Shown here: piece after piece, positions 1 to 7,839 of the stretch | Position numbering within the stretch: the first letter of the stretch is position 1 | Layout of the letters: each line of letters starts with the position of its first letter | NCBI GenBank assembly: GCA_041739675.1 | Contig: JBGSNL010000009.1 | Span: 1 to 53,281 of the forward strand | Length of the DNA stretch: 53,281 nt | Direction: 5' to 3' | DNA from: a bacterium | GTDB taxonomy: Bacteria > UBA10199 > 2-02-FULL-44-16 > DYJF01 | Notes under the pieces: model-generated | The model's input: only the letters and a program-made list of their open reading frames with translations | Told to the model about the DNA's origin: nothing | The model's database searches: none | Program-made: the position numbers and the translations under genes

Positions 1-72
1 TGGGTGCCAAAAATTCTGTCCACGGGAAGATGAGATAGTCCGACACTTCAGAGAAATCTGGAGGGAACAGTG
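1..72 (+). ncRNA. 3' part of a probable group I intron (truncated by the window start)
   Basis: S-element-like GAGATAGTCC (32-41), P9-like hairpin CTTCAGA-GAAA-TCTGGAG (46-63) with GNRA loop, and terminal G72 directly abutting tRNA position 34. Confidence 0.7.
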
Positions 73-115
73 CTTAATCTGCGGGTTCTGGGTTCGATTC
101 CCGGGCCGCTCACCA
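73..115 (+). tRNA. tRNA-Lys(CUU) 3' exon (tRNA positions 34-76)
   Basis: CTT-AA, anticodon stem TCTGC, variable loop GGGTT, T arm CTGGG-TTCGATT-CCCGG, acceptor GCCGCTC-A-CCA; exactly 43 nt. Confidence 0.85.
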
Positions 116-156
116 AAAAGAGAAAGGCGGCGCCATGCGTCGCCTTTCTCTTTTTG
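116..156 (+). terminator. Intrinsic terminator after the tRNA (potentially bidirectional)
   Basis: AAAAAGAGAAAGGCGGCG-loop-CGTCGCCTTTCTCTTTTT hairpin with T tract. Confidence 0.85.
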
Positions 157-328
157 TTTGCTTGCCGGATGTGAGTCTTGTCAAAAGTTTCGTCCGGAGC
201 AAGTCTTGTCAGACGCAGCGAATTAAACAGGATGCAGCAAAATTGGACAGGTGCACGGAAATGCTACGCTGCTTTTGAAGTCCTTTTCTCAAAATACCCT
301 CTTTCTTCAATATATTTAAGGATCAAGT

Positions 329-344
329 TGGCACGCCACTTGCT
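329..344 (+). promoter_or_regulatory. Sigma-54 (-24/-12) promoter upstream of the transposase
   Basis: TGGCACGCCACTTGCT is a full match to TGGCACG-N4-TTGCW. Confidence 0.65.
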
Positions 345-357
345 GTCGCAAGAAGAC

Positions 358-1077
358 ATGGCTTACCTTCCGAGATACGAGATCATATATGATGATGCCT
401 ACTTCCATGTCACATGGCAATGCCATAACAAAGACTGGCTTCTTCAGTGGGAATGGGCAAAAGGGGCTTATTACGACCTTCTGCTCAAGTATAAAGATAA
501 GTACGGAGTCGAAATCTATTCCTACAATTTTATGGATAACCATCCCCATCTGACTGGCCATCTCCAGAGCAGAGAAAACTTTTCGGCATTCTTCAGGGTC
601 GTTAACAGTCAATTTGCCAGAATAGTGAATAAGCAGCTGATGCGGCGGGGACAAGTTGTCATGGATCGTTTCAAGTCTCCTGTGATCGAGTCGGATGAGC
701 ATATGCTTACGGTCATGGCCTATGTCGATCTCAATCAACATCGGGTAAAGAAGGTGGCACATCCCAGAAAGAACGATTGGTCATCATACCAATACTATGC
801 CTATGGCAAGCCGGACCCCCTAATTACGCCGTCACCTTCGTATTTGGCATTGGGAAGGGATCCGCTGACCCGTCAGCGAGAATACCGCGCCATCGTTGAG
901 GCATTGTTGAAACATCGCAGGACGATGAATATCTCCCACACCCATTTCATTGGTAATCCCCATTGGGTGCTTAAAAAGTATCGGGAGCTGTGCGAGAGAC
1001 TTGGTAGAAAAGTGACTGATGCAATGGTTATCAGATTAACGAGCCCTCCGAGAAAAACTGTCCATCAATCTTTGTGA
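358..1077 (+). CDS. REP-associated tyrosine transposase-like (RAYT, Y1 HUH/IS200 superfamily)
   Basis: FHVTWQCHN, MDNHPHL (HUH), DRFKS, YVDLN, DWSSY motifs; start moved to ATG 358 (MAYLPRY). Confidence 0.85.
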   Translation: MAYLPRYEIIYDDAYFHVTWQCHNKDWLLQWEWAKGAYYDLLLKYKDKYGVEIYSYNFMDNHPHLTGHLQSRENFSAFFRVVNSQFARIVNKQLMRRGQVVMDRFKSPVIESDEHMLTVMAYVDLNQHRVKKVAHPRKNDWSSYQYYAYGKPDPLITPSPSYLALGRDPLTRQREYRAIVEALLKHRRTMNISHTHFIGNPHWVLKKYRELCERLGRKVTDAMVIRLTSPPRKTVHQSL

Positions 1078-1305
1078 TCCGTCTTATCCATTTCAGCATT
1101 CAGGAAGACATTTCGGCCCGGAATTTGCCCTAAACTTAATTTTTATCATTTCCGTCTCTCTTTAATCATCCAAGAGACAAGATAGCCTCACTGAAAGATC
1201 GGCTAAAAGAGCGGCAGAAAGAAAAATCATTACAACAACGTCCCACATCCCATGAATTCAACGCCATATGCCGGAATCCGCTCCGTCTGACTATTCCACG
1301 TCTGA

Positions 1306-1770
1306 CTATTCCATCATGTTTTTTGGCGCCTGCACTGCAACGACCCTGCCCTTTGCGCATACTTCACCTTGAACCGACACAGTGGAAGTTACAATCACTT
1401 TACGACCCTCGACAATCTCCACTTTTCCTCTGACTTCAAGTTCTACGTCAATTGGTGTCGGTTTTAGAAAATCCACATGCAGCGAGGCAGTTACGAATCT
1501 CAGTTCCGGCTCGCTGCCCATTTCGCGCCCTTGAACCCTGTGTGCTGCCGCAGAGGCAGTGCCCGTTGAATGGCAATCAATCAAAGAGGCTATCAGTCCG
1601 CCGTAGACAAAGCCGTTCACAGCCGTGTGATAAGGTTTAGGACGGAAATGACAAACACTTTCTTCTCCGTCCCAATAACTCTTGATGTGAAGACCATGCT
1701 CGTTGAATCTGCCGCAACCGTAACATTGTCCGGCCCAATCGGAGTAATAGTCCTGAAATGATTTTTTCAT
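1306..1770 (-). CDS. PaaI/HotDog-fold thioesterase
   Basis: CYGCG, GFVYGGLIASLIDCH, FVTASLHVDFLKPTP. Confidence 0.85.
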   Translation of the reverse strand: MKKSFQDYYSDWAGQCYGCGRFNEHGLHIKSYWDGEESVCHFRPKPYHTAVNGFVYGGLIASLIDCHSTGTASAAAHRVQGREMGSEPELRFVTASLHVDFLKPTPIDVELEVRGKVEIVEGRKVIVTSTVSVQGEVCAKGRVVAVQAPKNMME

Positions 1771-1841
1771 ATAGTATCGCCTTTATATTTGCGCCGTAAA
1801 ATATGCATACGGATCCTAACTTCATGGATTGCATAATTTTG

Positions 1842-1876
1842 TTGACGTTGCAAGCATAATGAGCATATGCTCATTA
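1842..1876 (+). promoter_or_regulatory. Promoter (-35 TTGACG) overlapped by a perfect 20-bp palindromic operator
   Basis: TTGACG at 1842-1847; TAATGAGCATATGCTCATTA at 1857-1876; AGGAGG RBS follows. Confidence 0.65.
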
Positions 1877-1889
1877 CAGGAGGCAAGCA

Positions 1890-2378
1890 ATGCCGCGCCC
1901 GTGCAAATTCAGACAAATCGGATGCGATCCAGAGCATAACTATTTCAAGCCGCGGGGTATCCCTCTTTTTGAGCTAGAAGAAGTGGTTCTCCAACTCGAC
2001 GAACTGGAGGCCGTACGTCTGGCGGACGTGGAATCGCTCTATCATGAAGAAGCGGCTCTGCGGATGAAGATTTCACGTCAGACGTTTGATCGCATCCTCT
2101 CCAAAGCGCATTCAACTATTGCGGAAGCCATAATAAAGGGCAAGGCAATCAAAATAGAAGGGGGTAATGTTATGACAAACCAAAGGACTTTTCGGTGTTC
2201 GGACTGCAATCACAGCTGGCCGCTGGCCTACGGGACAGGGAGACCTGACGCTTGCCCTTCATGTCAGAGTAAAAACATTCACAGGGCGCCTGAGGAACGA
2301 GGTCACGGTTGTGGTGCCGGCGGAAAGCGTGCCGGAAAAGGAAGGCGATGCATGCGACATGGTCAAAAAACAACTTAA
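1890..2378 (+). CDS. DUF134 (UPF0251) predicted DNA-binding protein with C-terminal Zn ribbon
   Basis: MPRP start, FKPRG, ELEAVRLAD, ISRQTF, GKAIKIEGG; CxxC...CPxC tail. Confidence 0.85.
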   Translation: MPRPCKFRQIGCDPEHNYFKPRGIPLFELEEVVLQLDELEAVRLADVESLYHEEAALRMKISRQTFDRILSKAHSTIAEAIIKGKAIKIEGGNVMTNQRTFRCSDCNHSWPLAYGTGRPDACPSCQSKNIHRAPEERGHGCGAGGKRAGKGRRCMRHGQKTT

Positions 2379-2393
2379 AGGAGGGCATTTGTT

Positions 2394-2771
2394 ATGAAGA
2401 TTTGTTTCCCGATTCTCGTGGATAGGGGGCTTGGCAGCCCCGTTAACAATCATTTCGGTTCGACGAAGGAATTTCTGATCTATGATGCGGATACCGATTC
2501 ATTTGAAACAGTGGAAAATTGCGACGCAGGCCACGTTCACGGCGCATGTCAGCCCATCAATGCTTTGAATGGCAGACAAATAGACGCTGTCATCCTTGGC
2601 GGCATCGGAAGAGGCGCACTGCTGAAACTCAATGCATTAGGCATAAGGGTTTTTAGGGCCGCGGCCCCCCTTGTAGAAGAGAATCTTCAACTTTACCGCG
2701 ATGGCCGTCTCGTTGAAATAAAAGTGGATGATACTTGTGCCGGTCACGGCACGTGCAATCACGGTGATTGA
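2394..2771 (+). CDS. NifB/NifX-family (FeMo-cofactor-biosynthesis-like) protein
   Basis: HFG motif, DAVILGGIG, His/Cys-rich HVHGAC and C-terminal tail. Confidence 0.8.
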   Translation: MKICFPILVDRGLGSPVNNHFGSTKEFLIYDADTDSFETVENCDAGHVHGACQPINALNGRQIDAVILGGIGRGALLKLNALGIRVFRAAAPLVEENLQLYRDGRLVEIKVDDTCAGHGTCNHGD

Positions 2772-2774
2772 TCA

Positions 2775-3314
2775 ATGATTCCCACACGGGTATTTTTCAC
2801 CAAGGGAGTCGGGCGCCACAGGGAAAAGCTTTCTTCCTTTGAGCTTGCGTTGAGGCATGCAGGAATATCGCAATTCAATCTTGTGCGTGTTTCGAGCATC
2901 TTCCCGCCCGGCTGCAAGATCATTCCGAAAGAACAGGGCCGGGAAGCGCTAAGAGGCGGACAGGTCGTCTACTGCGTCATGGCGGATAACGCCTGCGACG
3001 AGGCGGAACGGCTTGTGGTGGCATCGATAGGACTTGCCGTGCCCTGCGACAGGACACACTATGGCTACTTAAGCGAGCACCACGCCCACGGCGTCACGAT
3101 GAAAAAGTGCGGTGACTATGCGGAAGATCTGGCAGCATCGATGCTCGCAACAACATTGGGCCTGCAAGATAAAGACAATCTAAGTTATGATGAAAAAAAG
3201 AAGCAGTGGAGAATGATGAAGATGATCGTAAAAACAACAAGCATTACACAGTCCGCAATCGGGAAAAAAAGTCTCTGGACAACGTGCATCGCGGCTGCGG
3301 TGTTCGTCCCGTAA
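2775..3314 (+). CDS. pdaD: Pyruvoyl-dependent arginine decarboxylase
   Basis: LSSFELALR, FNLVRVSSIFPP (Ser-Ser self-cleavage site), YGYLSEHH, AAAVF C-terminus. Confidence 0.88.
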   Translation: MIPTRVFFTKGVGRHREKLSSFELALRHAGISQFNLVRVSSIFPPGCKIIPKEQGREALRGGQVVYCVMADNACDEAERLVVASIGLAVPCDRTHYGYLSEHHAHGVTMKKCGDYAEDLAASMLATTLGLQDKDNLSYDEKKKQWRMMKMIVKTTSITQSAIGKKSLWTTCIAAAVFVP

Positions 3315-3363
3315 AAATATGGTCAGTCTGATCTTCGCTCCTTCGGTACTCGTCCCTTTTTTG

Positions 3364-3933
3364 CTATTTCTTTTTTCTCAACGCAGGGCAGTCGTTGCAT
3401 GCCTGGGTCGTGCTTTTCGGAGTTGAATAATCGGCGCTGTCTTCCGATGAAGCCGCCGAACTATTTTCGCTGACCTTTGCAGGTGGCGGCGCTGAACCGC
3501 CGTCCCAGATCCAGTTCCCGCCCGTCATAGTTGCAACGCGATTTCTCTGCGGCCCTTCGTTGATTTCAAAAATGATGTCCTGATTCGGATTGAAACGTTC
3601 GGCGATCGCCGGTGCCGCGCTGTCAAGGCGCCGGGAAAGCTCGCGCCCGAAGATTGCGGTCTGCCGCGAAATCAGATCGCGCATCGCATTCCGGTTTTCC
3701 ATCAGGCGCCGGGAAAGAACAGTGACCTCCACATTGATCTTTTCGCCGCCAGTTATTCTCGGCTCGTACGCGACTTTTTCAGATGAGAGATAAAGACTGA
3801 CAATATCAACCTGCGTAGATAACTGCTGGCCCTCGCTTACCATTATCCTCTTGTCCATGTCCGATCTTCTGATCTCGGAAGACGCGGGCAATGCGACAAA
3901 AAGCGCCAGGACGACAAATACTATCCTCTTCAT
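3364..3933 (-). CDS. Hypothetical exported protein
   Basis: Signal peptide MKRIVFVVLALFVALPASS after a GGGGG RBS; low-complexity tail with CxxC. Confidence 0.65.
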   Translation of the reverse strand: MKRIVFVVLALFVALPASSEIRRSDMDKRIMVSEGQQLSTQVDIVSLYLSSEKVAYEPRITGGEKINVEVTVLSRRLMENRNAMRDLISRQTAIFGRELSRRLDSAAPAIAERFNPNQDIIFEINEGPQRNRVATMTGGNWIWDGGSAPPPAKVSENSSAASSEDSADYSTPKSTTQACNDCPALRKKK

Positions 3934-4076
3934 AAGACCCCCTGTTCCATCCCCCACGCCGGTGATGCCCCGACGTCACGAGTTTGTCAATATTGAAGGA
4001 TATGTCTGCAAGAGTGATTGAAGATCAGGATTATGATTAGGACTAAGATCGATGATCTGAGATTGAGGATCGAAGA

Positions 4077-4412
4077 TCATCGTAGCTTGTAGAGCATCTT
4101 GACCACCTGAAGAAGCTGGTCCTGAAGATAAAAAGCATCAGGTTCAGTCATCAGCCTCAGTGCTAACGCGACATCAATGCAAGATGCCGATTCAGCGGCA
4201 GACGCCCTTGCGATTGCAAAAAACCTCGCTCTCTCTGGTATGCCTTTTCTCGCATTTCCCTCAGCAATGTTGAGGAGCACACTTGAAATGGCCCTCTTGA
4301 GCTGATCTTCAAGATAATAAGTACCTTTTGGCCATTTGGCCACAATGCCCGGCACCCTTTTTGCCGCCCCAAGGGCCATCTCGTAACATCTCAGCTTCTG
4401 ATGATTGAACAT
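4077..4412 (-). CDS. Four helix bundle protein (TIGR02436/23S rRNA-IVP family), subtype A
   Basis: DQLKRAISSVLLNIAEG, RFFAIARASAAE; start MFNHQK at 4412 with AGGAGG RBS. Confidence 0.88.
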   Translation of the reverse strand: MFNHQKLRCYEMALGAAKRVPGIVAKWPKGTYYLEDQLKRAISSVLLNIAEGNARKGIPERARFFAIARASAAESASCIDVALALRLMTEPDAFYLQDQLLQVVKMLYKLR

Positions 4413-4416
4413 AAAA

Positions 4417-4492
4417 ACCTCCTTTTTGTGTTTTTTGGCCTCATGGCTCTCACCCTCATGGGAGGCATGAGGCCAAAAAACACACAGGAGGT
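4417..4492. repeat. Long inverted repeat filling the divergent intergenic region
   Basis: TGTGTTTTTTGGCCTCATG (4427-4445) / CATGAGGCCAAAAAACACA (4466-4484), plus outer ACCTCCT/AGGAGGT, which are the two RBSs. Confidence 0.95.
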
Positions 4493-4497
4493 ATTCC

Positions 4498-4842
4498 ATG
4501 AATCATCAGAAGCTGAGATGCTATGAGGTCTTACTAGGTACCGCAAAAAGGTTGCCGGGCATCGTGGCTAGAATGCCAAGAGGACATAATTATATAGTAG
4601 ATCAGCTGAGAAGGGCTCTATCCAGCGGGATACTCAACTTATCTGAGGGAAATGGGAGAACGTCGGCAAAAGAGAGGGCGAGGTTTTTTGACATATCACT
4701 GGCATCTATTGCCGAATCGTCATCGGCTATTGATGTAATGCAGGCGTTCAACTTGATATCAAGACAGACAGGAGACGAATTCAAATCCCAACTGCGAATC
4801 GCCTATGCCATGATCGTCAATCTCAAGAAAGCTGGATTCTGA
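4498..4842 (+). CDS. Four helix bundle protein, subtype B
   Basis: DQLRRALSSGILNLSEG, RFFDISLASIAE. Confidence 0.88.
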   Translation: MNHQKLRCYEVLLGTAKRLPGIVARMPRGHNYIVDQLRRALSSGILNLSEGNGRTSAKERARFFDISLASIAESSSAIDVMQAFNLISRQTGDEFKSQLRIAYAMIVNLKKAGF

Positions 4843-4889
4843 GATCTTAATCTACATCCAGATCGTAATCGACAATTCTAAGCTCTTGT

Positions 4890-6968
4890 CTATTGTACAA
4901 TTGGTTTGAGTTTTACGATAACAGGATTGAACTCGTTGACCGACAGCGTGAGCTTGAGCTCCGTAGGCTGATAGCCGGGCTTTTCCAAGCGGATCCTGTA
5001 GCTCCCGAGCGGAAGATCGTGAAGGATGGCGGGTGTCGGCTGCGTGACCTGCTTGTCGTTGACCATGATGCGCGCCCCTTCAGGCTCCGTATATACATAG
5101 ATCACCGATCTGAAGGGCGATATCTGCTGAAAGAGTGAATTGGCCTCTCTCTTCGTATTGTCATCAGTCGCCTTTAGCATCACCTCGACCAGAAGCGGCA
5201 ACGCCTCACCCATCTTCTGGCCTGCGGCATATGCAGCAACCATTCCGAGCATCGCTGGATATTTCCATTCCTCTGTAGTTCTGGCCTGCGCAAAATATTG
5301 AAGCGCCCTGTCGATGTCGCCCAAGCTCAAGTAACACCGCCCAAGAAGATAGTTCGACTGCGCGACCTCCGTTGGCGCGGGATTCGAGGCCAAAGCCTGC
5401 GCCAGCTCGTTTATCGCCTCCTGCCAGACCTGGCGGTTCATCGCGATCTTCGCGTTGTTGATGTGCGCGCCGGCAACCGAAGTTTCAAGTTTCACAGTTC
5501 CGACAAAAGGAGTGTTGATATCCACTTTAAGCGACTGCGTGTGCTCGAAATATCCCTCTTTTCTGAGAGTGAGAGTGTGATCGCCGAGCGGGAAAAGCCC
5601 TTGATACGGCGTTTTGCCCATGGGCTTACCGTCGATGAAGACGTCGGCGTTGGGCGGCTCCGATTTTATGTCCACAGGGAACACTTTGAGATCCTCGTCT
5701 TTCACATCGAGAAGGTATTGCGGGCTGTCTTCCGCGATATGAAACTCGCGCCTGAAAACGATATCCTGCACGTATGTCTGAGATTGGCCCAATTGCCGCG
5801 CACGCCTGAGCTCCACTATGTAGCGGCCGAACGGTATGTAGATCGGCTTTTGCATTACCACTTCGCTGAGCTTTGCCGGACGCTCCTTGAAGCGGTCGTA
5901 CTCGAAATTGCCTTCAAGATAAAACTGCGTGTCGCGCGGGAGGTTGACAACCTTTATCATCCCGATGGGGGCGCGGAAGAGAATGGGAACGACCGATTGT
6001 CCCGCCTCCACCGTGAAATTGACGGGGAGCGTGTAGCGCTCGTTAAACTCCGGCAACATGAAAGTAGCTTCCGCCGTGTAATTCTTGCCGGGCTCCAGCT
6101 CCACATTCACGCGGAGCGGAGTTTTTCCAAGCTCCTTATCCTGAAAAACAACGATGGCAGGCAAGGGGCTGGACGCGAAATCCAAAAATACCGGAATCGT
6201 CTGCGGTTTGGGCGGCGCGGGCGGGACCGTCGGAACGGCCGGCACTGTAGGGACAGTTCCCTCCGCAGGGGGCACTGTTCCCTCGGGAGGCTCTGCCGGC
6301 TCCCCAACAATGGGGGCTGTCCCCTTCGGATGCAAAAAATATCTCGTGGTGAGATAGCCCACCATACCGATAACACAGACGGCCAAAATTCCCGCCATTA
6401 TGAGCTTCCGGGTCTTTGATGGTGCCGGCGCCTTTGCCGGCTCCACAATGCCGTCGGGCAGGGCCCTCTCCTCTTCCATGCTCTCGGTCATGGCCTCGGC
6501 TCCCGCGGGCATCTCCTGCATCACGGTCTTTTCGCTTATTGCAACCTCGGGCGGGAGGACCATCTCCTCCTCGACTGAAACTTCCTGAGTAATGAGGCGG
6601 AAGAGATAGATGCCGGTCCTTATCACGTCTTTGTGGCCGATCACGACCGCGTCGGTGACCGGTCTGCCGTTGATGGATGTACCGTTCTTGCTGCCCAGAT
6701 CTCTCACGATCCAGCCGGTATCGGTTTTTTCAATCTCGGCGTGGTGGCGGGAAACACTTTGATCTTCCATCCGGACCGCGGAACCGACCGCGCGCCCGAT
6801 CGCGTTTTTTCCCTCTTGCAGGGTGAAATACGAACCGGCGTGAGGGCCTTCGATGAGGACGAGATAAGGCGGTTTTTTGGGCGCGCGCGGAGGAGTGCCC
6901 TCCTCTTCCTCTTCAGGGCCGCGGATCACGGTGCGGTCTTCGGGTTTTGTGTCGGTTGGCTCGGCCAT
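4890..6968 (-). CDS. Membrane-anchored FHA + PEGA + TPR protein
   Basis: FHA motifs GR...SRHHA...DLGSKNGT, one TM segment, PEGA-like repeats (SEPPNADVFIDGK, TEPEGARIMVND), TPR-like helices; start MAEPTD at 6968. Confidence 0.82.
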   Translation of the reverse strand: MAEPTDTKPEDRTVIRGPEEEEEGTPPRAPKKPPYLVLIEGPHAGSYFTLQEGKNAIGRAVGSAVRMEDQSVSRHHAEIEKTDTGWIVRDLGSKNGTSINGRPVTDAVVIGHKDVIRTGIYLFRLITQEVSVEEEMVLPPEVAISEKTVMQEMPAGAEAMTESMEEERALPDGIVEPAKAPAPSKTRKLIMAGILAVCVIGMVGYLTTRYFLHPKGTAPIVGEPAEPPEGTVPPAEGTVPTVPAVPTVPPAPPKPQTIPVFLDFASSPLPAIVVFQDKELGKTPLRVNVELEPGKNYTAEATFMLPEFNERYTLPVNFTVEAGQSVVPILFRAPIGMIKVVNLPRDTQFYLEGNFEYDRFKERPAKLSEVVMQKPIYIPFGRYIVELRRARQLGQSQTYVQDIVFRREFHIAEDSPQYLLDVKDEDLKVFPVDIKSEPPNADVFIDGKPMGKTPYQGLFPLGDHTLTLRKEGYFEHTQSLKVDINTPFVGTVKLETSVAGAHINNAKIAMNRQVWQEAINELAQALASNPAPTEVAQSNYLLGRCYLSLGDIDRALQYFAQARTTEEWKYPAMLGMVAAYAAGQKMGEALPLLVEVMLKATDDNTKREANSLFQQISPFRSVIYVYTEPEGARIMVNDKQVTQPTPAILHDLPLGSYRIRLEKPGYQPTELKLTLSVNEFNPVIVKLKPIVQ

Positions 6969-7084
6969 TTTGGATTCAGTACCATAAATCGAGCCGGGCG
7001 TAAACACTTTGGAAAATAGAAAAAATTGGAACGATAGTTCCCGATCTGGATTTGGTTCCGGAGCCGGAGATCATAGATTCCAGA

Positions 7085-7420
7085 TTATCTTTTGAGCCTC
7101 ATGATCATCGCATATGATATTCTCAGCTCCGACTTGATCTCCTCATTGATCATAGCCGTGATGTATCCATAGGCATTGATGATATCCAAGGCAGATGCCG
7201 TCTCCGCAATAGACGCCAGCGATATATCAAAGAACCTGTTTCTCTCCTTCAGCGATCTCCTGGAATTGCCCTCCGATAAATTCAATATCGCACTTCCCAA
7301 TGCTCTTTTGAGCTGATCTTCCAGAAAATAGTTACCCTTGGGCATCATTTTAATAAGCGTTGGCAACTTTCTTGCGACACCTAGCAGCAAACAGTAGCAT
7401 TTCAGCTTTTGGTGATTCAT
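7085..7420 (-). CDS. Four helix bundle protein, subtype B
   Basis: DQLKRALGSAILNLSEG, RFFDISLASIAE; start MNHQK at 7420 with AGGAGG RBS. Confidence 0.88.
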   Translation of the reverse strand: MNHQKLKCYCLLLGVARKLPTLIKMMPKGNYFLEDQLKRALGSAILNLSEGNSRRSLKERNRFFDISLASIAETASALDIINAYGYITAMINEEIKSELRISYAMIMRLKR

Positions 7421-7425
7421 GTGAC

Positions 7426-7498
7426 ACCTCCTATGGTTTTTGGCCTCTTGCCTCCCCACCCTTATGAGGAGGCAAGAGGCCAAAAACCATAAAGGAGG
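7426..7498. repeat. Long inverted repeat filling the divergent intergenic region
   Basis: TATGGTTTTTGGCCTCTTGCCTCC (7432-7455) / GGAGGCAAGAGGCCAAAAACCATA (7468-7491), 12-nt loop, outer CCTCCT/AGGAGG. Confidence 0.95.
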
Positions 7499-7503
7499 AT
7501 TTT

Positions 7504-7839
7504 ATGTTCAACCACCAAAAGCTGAAATGCTACGAGTATGCGCTGGATGCGGCAAGAAAGGTGCCAACGCTAATCAATAAATGGCCAGCGGGGTACGCAT
7601 ATCTGGAAGATCAGCTGAAGAGAGCGGCGTCTAGTGTTGTATTGAACATTTCGGAGGGCAATTACAGATATTCGGTAAAGGAAAGAGCCAGATTCTTCAT
7701 AATCGCAAGGGCATCTGCGGGAGAGGTATCAGCTATCTTGGATATCGCTCATGCCTATCGTCTCATCTCAGATGAAGATTACAGCTCACTTCAGAGCACA
7801 CTCCTCAGCATTGTAAAGATGTTGTACCGGCTCAGGTGA
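7504..7839 (+). CDS. Four helix bundle protein, subtype A
   Basis: DQLKRAASSVVLNISEG, RFFIIARASAGE; about 62% identical to 4077-4412 by manual count. Confidence 0.88.
   Translation: MFNHQKLKCYEYALDAARKVPTLINKWPAGYAYLEDQLKRAASSVVLNISEGNYRYSVKERARFFIIARASAGEVSAILDIAHAYRLISDEDYSSLQSTLLSIVKMLYRLR

Larger units (their letters stand above)
4010..4889. mobile_element. Palindromic paired four-helix-bundle cassette 1 (putative mobile element; ends approximate)
   Basis: Two homologous genes head-to-head around a 19-bp perfect IR, with 6-bp-period GAT/ATC repeat flanks; a related copy lies at about 7030-7890. Confidence 0.5.

Noticed and set aside
73..115. tRNA 3' fragment as an integrase att site
   Set aside because: Less likely than an intron, because the upstream bases show group I S-element, P9 and terminal G features and a terminator follows; not fully excluded without upstream sequence
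5298..6419. 373-aa ORF on the + strand
   Set aside because: Antisense shadow of the FHA-PEGA gene; Arg-rich with no recognisable motifs, as expected in GC-rich DNA
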